Position numbers and translations under genes: made by a program. 64,000 bases of DNA from positions 744,001-808,000 of the forward strand of contig NW_027590164.1 in NCBI RefSeq assembly GCF_964213995.1, read 5' to 3'. Source of the stretch: Mustelus asterias (taxonomy: Eukaryota). Shown here one piece after another: positions 1 through 9,931 of the stretch (position 1 is its first letter; each line of letters begins with the position of its first letter). Below the pieces are notes generated by a model. That model saw only the letters and a program-made list of their open reading frames with translations. It was not told the origin of the DNA and searched no databases.

Positions 1-1394
1 ATAGAAATGACCCTGGTAATTATAGACCGGTTAGTCTGACTTCGGTGGTTGGTAAATTGATGGAAAAGGTCCTTAGGGATGGGATTTACGACCATTTAGA
101 AAGATGCGGATTAATCCGGGATAGTCAGCACGGATTTGTGAAGGGCAAATCGTGCCTCACAAATTTGATAGAATTTTTTGAGGAGGTAACTAGGTGTGTT
201 GATGAAGGTAGGGCGGTTGATGTCATATACATGGATTTTAGTAAGGCGTTTGATAAGGTCCCCCATGGTCGGCTTATGATGAAAGTAAGGAGGTGTGGGA
301 TAGAGGGAAAGTTGGCCGATTGGATAGGTAACTGGCTGTCTGATCGAAGACAGAGGGTGGTGGTGGATGGAAAATTTTCGGACTGGAGGCAGGTTGCTAG
401 CGGAGTGCCGCAGGGATCGGTGCTTGGTCCTCTGCTCTTTGTGATTTTTATTAATGACTTAGAAGAGGGGGCTGAAGGGTGGATCAGTAAATTTGCTGAT
501 GACACCAAGATTGGTGGAGTAGTGGATGAGGTGGAGGGGTGTTGTAGGCTGCAAAGAGACATAGATAGGATGCAAAGCTGGGCTGAAAAATGGCAAATGG
601 AGTTTAACCCTGATAAATGTGAGGTGATTCATTTTGGTAGGACTAATTTAAATGTGGATTACAGGGTCAAAGGTAGGGTTCTGAAGACTGTGGAGGAACA
701 GAGAGATCTTGGGGTCCATATCCACAGATCTCTAAAGGTTGCCACTCAAGTGGATAGAGCTGTGAAGAAGGCATATAGTGTGTTAGCTTTTATTAACAGG
801 GGGTTGGAGTTTAAGAGCCGTGGGGTTATGCTGCAACTGTACAGGACCTTGGTGAGACCGCATTTGGAATATTGCGTGCAGTTCTGGTCACCTCACTATA
901 AGAAGGATGTGGAAGCGCTGGAAAGAGTGCAGAGGAGATTTACCAGGATGCTGCCTGGTTTGGAGTGTCGGTCTTATGAGGAAAGGTTGAGGGAGCTGGG
1001 GCTGTTCTCTCTGGAGCGGAGGAGATTGAGGGGAGACTTAATAGAGGTTTATAAAATGATGAAGGGGATAGATCGAGTGAACGTTCAAAGACTATTTCCT
1101 CGGGTGGATGGAGCTATTACGAGGGGGCATAACTATAGGGTTCATGGTGGGAGATATAGGAAGGATATCAGAGGTAGGTTCTTCACGCAGAGAGTGGTTG
1201 GGGTGTGGAATGGACTGCCTGCAGTGATAGTGGAGTCAGACACTTTAGGAACATTTAAGCGGTTATTGGATAGGCACATGGAGCACACCAGGATGGTAGG
1301 GAGTGGGATAGCTTGATCTTGGTTTCAGATGAAGGTCGGCACAACATCGTGGGCCGAAGGGCCTGTTCTGTGCTGTACTGTTCTATGTTCTATG
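1..1394 (+). mobile_element. CR1/HER1-type LINE, 3' part with open RT frame (ORF 45-1316) and 3' tail
   Basis: RT motifs YMDFSKAFDKVPH, SGVPQGSVLGP, KFADD, RPHLEYCVQFWSP; ends in CTGTACTG(TTCTATG)2 tail; runs off the window start. Confidence 0.95.
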
Positions 1395-1668
1395 GATAGA
1401 TTTTTAACCATTAAGGGAATTAAGGGTTATGGGGAGCGGGTGTGTAAGTGGAATTGAACCCACTATCAAATCAGCCATGATCTTATTGAATGGCGGAGCA
1501 GGCTTGAAGGGCGAGATGGCCTACTCCTGCTCCTATTTCTTATGTTCTTATCTCCACATCTGGAAATATATCACCATTCCTTCACAGTCGCTGGGTCAAA
1601 ATCATGGAATTCTCTCCCTACCAGCAGGGTGGATGTACCTGCACAACATGGACTGCAGTGGGTTCAGG
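1395..1668 (+). mobile_element. Two short LINE 3'-end fragments (CR1 tail, then a second LINE tail)
   Basis: GAATGGCGGAGCAGGCTTGAAGGG...CCTACTCCTGCTCCTATTTCTTATGTTCTTAT tail, then GGGTCAAAATCATGGAATTCTCTCCC...GGACTGCAG. Confidence 0.65.
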
Positions 1669-1699
1669 TCCCATACATCACAAAGGTCGACACTCCTGC

Positions 1700-2330
1700 G
1701 CCCCCGACAAACATGGCGATCGCACCTGCACCCTGTTGCACATTGCCCCTGACAAAGATGCCGGCCGCACATGCGCACTGATAGACATTGCCACCGACAC
1801 ATTGGCGGCCGTCAGCCCAGGCCCAACACGACAAGTTGCGCCTCCAATTTGGTACCAACAGGGCGCCCGGAAAGTTATTTTCCGGGGTTTGGGTTTGAAC
1901 AACATGTTTACGAAGCCTCTCCACCCACCCGCCACATTCATCGCTCTCTGCGCGCCGCCCTCGACCTTAAACTGATCTCGGATTCGAGTTAAAACCGTCC
2001 GTCCGCCGCCATTACCCGCACTGCGCATGCTTCAGACCCCTCCCCCTATTCACTCTGGTTGGAGGACCAGCCGCTCCCGCTCGGTCCGCCAGCCCCGCCC
2101 CCTTTTCCTATTGGTCCGGAGCTGCCGTCAATCAGTCCCTGGGCATTGTGACTTTGAGCATGCGCAGTGCAGCTCATGTCCAGGGACAGGCGCTTGTTTG
2201 TCTGATCTTCAGGCGGGAAGGAGGCGGATAAGCGGAGGCAGCGTTAGGGGCAGTGGGTGGGAGGGGAGGCTTCAACACCCCCAATAAGGAACTAGCGGCA
2301 CCGCCTCAACACCCAGCACAACGGCAGCTG
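1700..2330. promoter_or_regulatory. CpG-rich bidirectional promoter, probably for ZNF at 5403 (+) and a gene left of the window (-)
   Basis: CpG-dense; ACTGCGCATGC at 2020 and GCATGCGCAGT at 2158 (NRF1-like), GC box CCCCGCCC, reverse CCAAT, YY1-like AACATGGCG; homologous to 41607-41767 and 62597-62985. Confidence 0.7.
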
Positions 2331-2749
2331 CAGCGCTTTCTCCCGGGGCCAGGCCCCAGTGGACAAATGTGGCTTCAGGAAGGAAATGCAGCAATGGGTT
2401 TGATTTGATTTATTGTCACATGTATTGGGATACAGTGAAAAGTATTGTTTCTTGCGCGGTATACAGACAAAGCATACTGTTCATAGAGTACATAGGGGAG
2501 TAGGAAAGGAGAGAGTGCAGAATATAGTGTTACAGTTACAGAAAGGGTGAAGAGAGAGATCAGCTTAATATGAGGTAGGTCCATTCAAAAGGAGGAGGCT
2601 TTGGAGAGGGTACAGAAAAGATTTACCAGGATGTTGCCTAGTATGGAGGGCATTAGCTATGAGGAGAGGTTGGAGAAACTTGGTTTGTTCTCACTGGAAC
2701 GACGGAGGTTGAGGGGCGACCTGATGGAAGTCTACAAGATTATGAGGGG

Positions 2750-3088
2750 CATAGAATCATAGAAACCCTACAGTGCAGAAAGAGGCCATTTGGCCCATCG
2801 AGTCTGCACCGACCACAATCCCACCCAGGCCCCCACACCCCTACATATTTACCCGCTAATCCCTCTAACCTACGCATCTCAGGACACTAATGGGCAATTT
2901 TAGCACGGCCAATCAACCTAACCTGCACATCTTTGGACTGTGGGAGGAAACAGGAGCACCCGGAGGAAACCCACGCAGACATGAGGAGAATGTGCAAACT
3001 CCACACAAACAGTAACCCAAGCCGGGAATCGAACCCGGGTCCTTGGAGCTGTGAAGCAGTAGTGCTAACCACTGTGCTACCGTGCCGC
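2750..3088 (-). mobile_element. HE1-type (V-domain) tRNA-derived SINE
   Basis: Head GGCACGGTAGCACAGTGGTTAGCAC, B-box GGTTCGATTCCC, V core GGGTTTCCTCCGGGTGCTCC, CR1-like tail. Confidence 0.9.
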
Positions 3089-3303
3089 ATGGACAGAGTG
3101 GATAGTCAGAAACTTTTTCCCAGGATGGAAGAGTCAATTACTAGGGGGCACAGGTTTAATGTGTGAGGGCCAAGGTTTAAAGGAGATGTATGAGACAAGT
3201 TTTTTATGATGTGGAGATGCCGGCGTTGGACTGGGGTAAACACAGTAAGAAGTTTAACAACACCAGGTTAAAGTCCAACAGTTTTATTTGGTAGCAAAAG
3301 CCT

Positions 3304-3340
3304 CACAAGCTTTCGGAGCTCTAAGCCCCTTCTTCAGGTG
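3304..3340 (-). ncRNA. Minimal type I hammerhead ribozyme motif (inverted arm copy)
   Basis: Exact reverse complement of 3700-3736. Confidence 0.65.
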
Positions 3341-3699
3341 AGTGGGAATTCTGTTCACAAACAGAGCTTATAAAGACACAGACTCAATTTACATGAATAA
3401 TGGTTGGAATGCGAATACTTACAACTAATCAAGTCTTTAAGAAACAAAACAATGTGAGTGGAGAGAGCATCAAGACAGGCTAAAAAGATCTGTCCACAGT
3501 TGCGTGGACCTGCAGAGTTTCACTGGCTGTCTTGTCTGGAGACAATACACATCTTTTTAGCCTGTCTTGATGCTCTCTCCACTCACATTGTTTTGTTTCT
3601 TAAAGACTTGATTAGTTGTAAGTATTTGCATTCCAACCATTATTCATGTAAATTGAGTCTGTGTCTTTATAAGCTCTGTTTGTGAACAGAATTCCCACT

Positions 3700-3736
3700 C
3701 ACCTGAAGAAGGGGCTTAGAGCTCCGAAAGCTTGTG
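3700..3736 (+). ncRNA. Minimal type I hammerhead ribozyme motif
   Basis: CAC-CTGAAGA-A-GGGGCT-TAG-AGCTCC-GAAA-GCTT-GTG: CUGAnGA box, stem II, GAAA box, palindromic mini stem III, CAC/GTG stem I. Confidence 0.7.
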
Positions 3737-5402
3737 TGGCTTTTGCTACCAAATAAACCTGTTGGACTTTAACCTGGTGTTGTTAAACTTCTTACAAGTT
3801 TTTTACACAGAGGGTGGTGGGTGCCTGGAACTTGCTGCCGGGGGAGAAAGTAGAAGCAGATATGATAGTGACTTTTAAGGGGCTTTTTGACAAATACATG
3901 AATAGGATGGGAATGGAGGGATATGGTCCCCGGAAGGGTAGGGGGTTTTAGTTCAGTCAGGCAGCATGGTCGGTGCTGGCTTGGAGGGCCAAAGGGCCTG
4001 TTTCTGTGCTGTAAGTTTCTTTGTTCTTTGTTTGTAAAAGTCTGATAGCAGCAAGGAAGAAGCTGTTCTTGAGTCGGTTGGTATGTGACCTCAGACTTTT
4101 GTATCTTTTTCCCGACGGAAGAAGATAGAAAAGAGAATTTCCAGGATAAGTGGGGTCCTTGATTATGCTGGCTGCTTTTCTGAGGCAATAGGAAATGTAG
4201 ACAGTGTCAATGGATAAGAGGCTGATCTGCGTGATGCACTGGGCCACATTCACACTCCTTGTAGTTTCTTGCACTCTTGGTCAGAGCAGCAGCAATACCA
4301 AGCTGTGGTGTCCCTGTAAAAATTGATGAGAGTCGTAGTTGACATGTTGAATTTCCTTAGCCTCTTGAGAAAGTAGAGGCGTTGGTGGGCTTTCTTAACT
4401 AAAGCAGCAGTTTCAAGGGACCAGGACAGGTTGTTGTGATCTGAACACCTAGAAACTTGAGCTCTCAACCATTTCCACTTTGTCACCGTTGATGTAGACA
4501 GGGCGTGTCTTCCACTACATTGCCTGAAATGTTGTATATATTCCAGTGATAGTTGGAAGAAGTCCATGCTGACTCTCTGTACATCAATCCACTCAGTCCC
4601 ATTTCCCCTCCATAACTCTGTTCCCTTTTTAATTCCTTCACACCTATCTGATTTATTTTTCAAATCATTGATCATTTCTGATTCCACCATGCACAGAAGC
4701 AGTGGGGTGAGGTCGTGACCACTCGTGAATGAAATTGGTCCTCACATCTCCTTTCTATTGCTGATCAATGATATGTTTAGTAATGTGGACATTGGGTAGC
4801 AGCCTGCATGAAGATTTTCAGGTCTCTTTGTACTGGACAGGAGCATGGGTCTGTCAATCAGCCTGAATCAGCACCTTCAGGAGAATTGGGAGGGTGTGTA
4901 TTAGGTACAGCAGTATGACAATGGGGGGGAGAGTGTGTGGGATGGAGATTTACAACTTTAGGGAATGAGAAAGCAAAGAATATTTCATGGAAACTAGAAT
5001 GGTCTGTTTTGAATTTCAGTCCTATACTTACACTGATAACTTCTATAAACAGGATATTAGAAGGAGAGAATTTACAGACTGAAATCTCACACCAAACGTC
5101 ACAACAAGATGTTACAAAGTCACTGGATTCATCAGGACCTGAATATAATTGCCGTTTGAATGTATGAGAAGAAATGTTTGTTTGTTCTGTCTGTGGGAAA
5201 AGATTTCAAACATCAGTGTGACTGGACAAGAATGGAGACCCCACACCCCCGAGTGAGAGTGTTCCAGTGAACTGACTGTGGAAAGAGCTTCAACCAGTAA
5301 CACAGCCTGAAAAACATCACCCCATTCACAGCGAGGAGAAACTGTACACGTGTTCTGTACTTGGATGTGGAATCAACTCATTATCAAAAGGACACTGGCA
5401 CC

Positions 5403-6245
5403 ATGGAGAGACCATGGAAATGTGGGGACTGTGGGAAGGGATTCCAGTGCCCATCTGCACTGGACACACATCGACGAGTTCACACTGGGGAGAGGCCGTT
5501 CACCTGCTCTGTGTGTGGGAAGGGATTCAGTATATCAACCACCCTGCTGAGACACCAGCGAGTTCATTCTGGGGAGAGGCCGTTCACCTGCTCCGTGTGT
5601 GGGAAAGGATTCACTCAGTTATCCAGCCTGCTGACCCACCAGCGAGTTCACACTGGGGAGAGGCCTTTCGCCTGCTCAGACTGTGGGAAAGGATTCAGCG
5701 ATCGTTCCACCCTGTGGAGGCACCGGCGAGTTCACTCTGGGGAGAGGCCGTTCACCTGCTGTGTGTGTGGGAAGGGATTCAGTCATTCATCCACCCTGCA
5801 GACACACCGTGTCACTCACATGAATGAGAGACTGTTTAAATGCTCAGACTGTGGGCGTAGCTTCAAAAGCTCTCAGACTCTGATGGGCCACCAGCGCATT
5901 CACACTGAGGACAGACCGTTCAGCTGCTCTCACTGCGTGAAGAGATTTAGAACATCATCCCAACTGCTAATACACCAGCGAGTTCACACTGGGGAGACAC
6001 CCTTCACCTGCTCTGTGTGCAGGAAGGGTTTCAGTCATTCATCCACCCTGTTGGCACACCAGCGAGTTCATACTGGGGAGAGGCCATTCACTTGCTCTGA
6101 CTGTGGGAAGGGATTCACTCAGATCTCCAATCTGCTCACACACCAGCGAGTTCACACTGGGGAGAGGCCGTTCAGCTGCTCTGAGTGTGGGAATAGATTT
6201 AAACGGTCATCTCACCTGCTAAGACACCAGCGAATTCACAAGTGA
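5403..6245 (+). CDS. Tandem C2H2 zinc-finger protein, 10 fingers, no KRAB/SCAN/BTB seen
   Basis: [10 protein letters not shown] start in GCACCATGG context; 280 aa of C-x2-C-x12-H-x3-H repeats with TGERPF linkers; exon acceptor AG at 5051-5052. Confidence 0.9.
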   Translation: MERPWKCGDCGKGFQCPSALDTHRRVHTGERPFTCSVCGKGFSISTTLLRHQRVHSGERPFTCSVCGKGFTQLSSLLTHQRVHTGERPFACSDCGKGFSDRSTLWRHRRVHSGERPFTCCVCGKGFSHSSTLQTHRVTHMNERLFKCSDCGRSFKSSQTLMGHQRIHTEDRPFSCSHCVKRFRTSSQLLIHQRVHTGETPFTCSVCRKGFSHSSTLLAHQRVHTGERPFTCSDCGKGFTQISNLLTHQRVHTGERPFSCSECGNRFKRSSHLLRHQRIHK

Positions 6246-7556
6246 TGACAGGGGTTGGATTCTGCTGTTATTGCTGCTGTTAATCACATCCAGGACTGAA
6301 CCATGTTCATTCTGACAGTTGCTGAAGTGAGAGGGTCGGAGGGTTTCTTTCTGCTGGACTGACCGACCTCATGGCTTTGCTTCCAGTGGGTCGATGCTGT
6401 TTGAATTTGGGAGTGCACATTTTACTGAGATGACCCACAAACAGGAGGTAAATCGAAAATAAATATATTTGTCTCTGTTCCATTGAGTCTACAGCACAGG
6501 GCCAGGCCAGTCGGCCCAATTGGTCTGTGTCAGTATTTATGCTCCACATGAGCATCCACCCACCCCTCTTCATCTCCCCCATCAGCATATCCTTCTATTC
6601 CTCTCTCCCTCATGTATGTATCGAGCTTCCTCTTCAATGTATTCATGCTGTTCACCTCAACCACTCACTGGTAGCGAGTTCCACATTCGCGTCATCTTCC
6701 TCATCTCTGGAACCATTGTGGTAAATCTCCTCTCAACTCTCTCAAGGACCCTCACATCCTTCCTAAAGTGTGGTGACCAGAACTGGGCTCAGTATTCTGT
6801 TGTGGCCTCACCAGAGCTTTAAAACTATCAGAATAACTTCCCTGCTTTTGTTCTCAATTCCCCGATTTCTGAAGCCCAAGATCCAAAATACTCCAAACAA
6901 GAATATCAGACCTTTTTGCTTAACATAAAAAGCATTTTAACAACATTCTTAAAATGGCGAAATAAGATTTTGACCAATGAAGGAACGAGTTGTTGACACA
7001 AAAAGAAGCCATTTTGAACTTGCTCTCTTCAAAAGAGAATCCAGAATGTTTGATTCTGGGAAATGAAATTAAAAATGAAGCTGCAGCTACAACAGAGCAA
7101 GAAGAAGACATTTCAAGGTGGAATTAACTGGAATTTCTCTCTGGATTTAAACAATGGAGGAACTACAAACATGGAAGAAAATAAATTTCAAAATGTGAAC
7201 TCTGAACAGACTGTTTTCAGAATTGGAAATCCACAACTGAACAGCAATGAGGACTCTTCTCTTGTAGAAGAAACTATAATTATTAAAAATTACTATAATT
7301 ACTGAAAGAAGAAAATTTTCAGAAAACACTGAAACCAATAATATTTTCCATCTTCAGTGGACTGAATTCCTGGACATGGAACCCAGCAGTGTGCTGTTAC
7401 CAAGCTGGACTTGTGAATGTGAAGTGGACCATGGAGGGATTATTATGTCTATTGCAGGTCATAAGATAGTTAAACAGAGGAAAACATTGGACTTAGGAAC
7501 AGGAGTTGGCCATTTGGTCCTTCGAGCCTGCTGCACAATTTGATTAGATCATGGCT

Positions 7557-8900
7557 GTGGTTAAGATATCCAGTATGCTTTACATTGTAATATTCTAAAT
7601 GGGATATTATAGTGATACATTTTCATGTCTTCCTGGGAATATGTTGTGAAGATCTAGTTTAATAATTCATGTGTTTTAGAAATATTAATTTCGGATTTTA
7701 AAAAAATGTAAAACTGGGTTGAGAATCTGATAAAAACACCCTGAGGGAATTTGCAGTCACAAGGTGTGGCCCATGTTGGTTTGAGAAGTCAAAGCTAGAA
7801 GGGTAAGAACAAGTGTAACACGGCAGCTGGGCTCTTTTAGCTGGAGACATTGGGTCTGACAATTGTTTTTCCTGTCTTTGTTAGAGAGGGGAATTCTTCA
7901 CACACACCTCAAGAAAAAAGGTTTGGTTCTGAAACTAAAAGTTAATTAATTTAAACATCTTTTGGACATCCCTACTGGTCTGTTACCATGGGGATAAGTG
8001 ATTCAGGGTGGTCTTGGTTGGAATTCTGGGTGTTTCTCACAGAAAGCAGGCAGTCTGCAGTTAGCTTGGGAGCTGTGAACCAGCTGTGGGACCGGGAGCT
8101 GTGAACCAGCTGTGGGACCGGGAGCTGTGAACCAGCTGTGGGACCGGGAGCTGTGAACCAGCTGTGGGACCGGGAGCTGTGAACCAGCTGTGGGACTGGG
8201 AGCTGTGAACCAGCTGTGGGACCGGGAGCTGTGAACCAGCTGTGGGAGCGGGAGCTGTGAACCAGCTGTGGGAGCGGGAGCTGTGAACCAGCTGTGGGAC
8301 CGGGAGCTGTGAACCAGCTGTGGGACCAGAAGCCGAGGAGGTCATTAGGAACCATGGGTGTTCCCAATGTTTAAATCCCTCAGCAAGAAGGCAGTGAAGT
8401 CCATGCTTGGATTGAGGAGTCCATGTTTTGAGTCAATTTTGAAATCTCAAAGGAAAGTTGGAGAGTTGTTTAGCCGAAAGCTAATAGAAGGATCCTCATG
8501 AAATCTTGGAGTCTGGAGAATCGCTGGATTACTGAGGAGAATTAAAGTGAATGCTGGGAGCTTTGACATACCTTTGGGATTTGTCCCAGGAACAGAAGTG
8601 AATGCACATTCAAGATATTAAGTATAAGGGCATTCTTGTCCAGGAGTAAGGGTTTAAAAAGTACAAAAACTGAAAAATGCTGCAAAACCTCAGCAGGTCT
8701 GGCAGCATCTGTAGAGAGTGAAAACAGAGTTCATGTTTTGAGTCAGAACTGAGTTTACAGAATAAATCTTTACAAAATATAATTCATCGAGCTGGTTTTT
8801 AATATTCCTTTTATATTCAGTGAAGTTTGATTTTGTTTAAAAACCTGGAATCTTGTGATGGGTGTTTGGATTTCTCATGTTCTCGACCCGAATTATAACA
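7557..8900 (+). mobile_element. Probable solo LTR containing a minisatellite and a short Penelope-like fragment (about 8660-8750)
   Basis: Begins TGTGG where a CR1 tail is cut, has AATAAA at 8761 and ends TATAACA; no ORF. Confidence 0.4.
8068..8327. repeat. 26-bp minisatellite x10
   Basis: Unit GGGAGCTGTGAACCAGCTGTGGGACC, near-identical copies. Confidence 0.95.
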
Positions 8901-9049
8901 ACACACAATATTTCAAAACAATTTGAAAAATAAAACCATGATGGTCTTTATTTTGTACAAAGTATTACATTATAAGACACCCCTCATCGAGGATCTACAA
9001 TAATTTCTTAGCTCGAGCACCAGTGAAACAATAAATGAATAAAAATTGT

Positions 9050-9931
9050 ACTAATTGTCATCCCTTCTAAATCAGGAGGATTATCCCCAGCACAGAGGGT
9101 CATTTGGAATTTTTCCCACAGACCAATTAACAGGGATTATACTCTCAAACCATCTGAAGTGAACTCTTTACATGAATCGTCCAGGCCGGTGCAGTTATCA
9201 ACTTGCAGTTTGGCTGATCAGCTGAGATTTTCTGCAGCATTTCATCGATCACCGTGTGATTCCTTTCACAGAGTCCATCACTGAAAGGACTTTCAGCTGC
9301 CGTGTTCCTGACCAGAATGTTCATGTTTTCACATGTTTTCAAAACTCATCATTCAGAAACTGAGCTGGTGCCACAGCTCCAGCCCCAAGGGCCAAGGGAA
9401 GGTTTACTATTGGGATGTGACGGCATCCTCCAATAGTTTTTATAGATTGTACACTTTGCACTGGTCTCTTGTATGAGTCTCGTATACTCTTCATCAACTG
9501 CTCCTGAATCTTGAAGCAGGATTTTTAATCTTTGGCAAAAAGTGTGAACAAATTGTCTGTGTAGTTTTAAGATAATTTGCATCTTTCCCTTTGATTTTTA
9601 TCAAAGCTATCATTATTCCTTCTCAAACATTCAGATTGGAAACTTCATGTATTTTTAAACATTCTCTGTCACCACGTTATAATCCTGACCGTCTTATGGT
9701 GAAGGAGGAAACTGGTTCCAATCTTTACTTGGTATAGATTTATTCACAGAGTGAAACATTACTGGTATATAACTCCTAATACCATTCCATGCTCTGTCAG
9801 TAAGTGTCTATATGTGCTCATGTAAACATCTAATCAATGTCCACTGCTTGTATATATTTAACCCCAAATTATACAATTAACACCCACAGGCAGAGTATTT
9901 AAAAGGTCTCTAATCGGTGTGACTGCCATAA
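9050..9931 (-). mobile_element. Copia-like (GalEa-like) LTR retrotransposon remnant: LTR, PBS, integrase pieces
   Basis: KLHRQFVH...KCTIYK (decayed HHCC) and TAAESPFSDGLCERNH (integrase core); TGGTGACAGAGAATG at 9674-9660 resembles a tRNA-Met PBS directly after ...TATAACG. Confidence 0.65.

Larger units (their letters stand above)
3207..3795. mobile_element. Fold-back Penelope-like element remnant (inverted pseudo-LTRs)
   Basis: 245-bp arms 3245-3489 and 3551-3795 nearly perfectly inverted; 12-bp direct repeat ACAAGTTTTTTA at 3195-3206 and 3794-3805. Confidence 0.8.
2591..4031 (+). mobile_element. CR1 3' fragment nested in the Rex1 copy, itself split by a SINE and a Penelope-like element
   Basis: EALERVQKRFTRMLP...ITRGHRF sequence resumes at 3089 and 3794; tail GTGCTGTAAGTTTCTTTGTTCTTTG. 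Confidence 0.85.
2398..4527 (-). mobile_element. Rex1/Babar-type LINE 3' fragment (2398-2590 and 4036-4527), interrupted by CR1
   Basis: Translations KKAHQRLYFLKRLRKF and LLPSGKRYKSLRSHTNRLKNSFF; (AAATC)n-type tail at 2398. Confidence 0.85.

Noticed and set aside
125-562. Antisense and alternate-frame ORFs over CR1, SINE and ZNF sequences
   Set aside because: Shadow frames of repeats or finger arrays with no independent support
5268-5270. Selenocysteine at the conserved TGA in the Cys position of a leader finger
   Set aside because: The leader has other stops and frameshifts in the copies checked, and no SECIS-like AUGA-AA-GA stem was recognisable in the shared 3' block; SECISearch on full UTRs would settle it
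8068-8327. CRISPR-like array (also 63023-63327)
   Set aside because: Head-to-tail repeats without unique spacers, no cas genes, eukaryotic context
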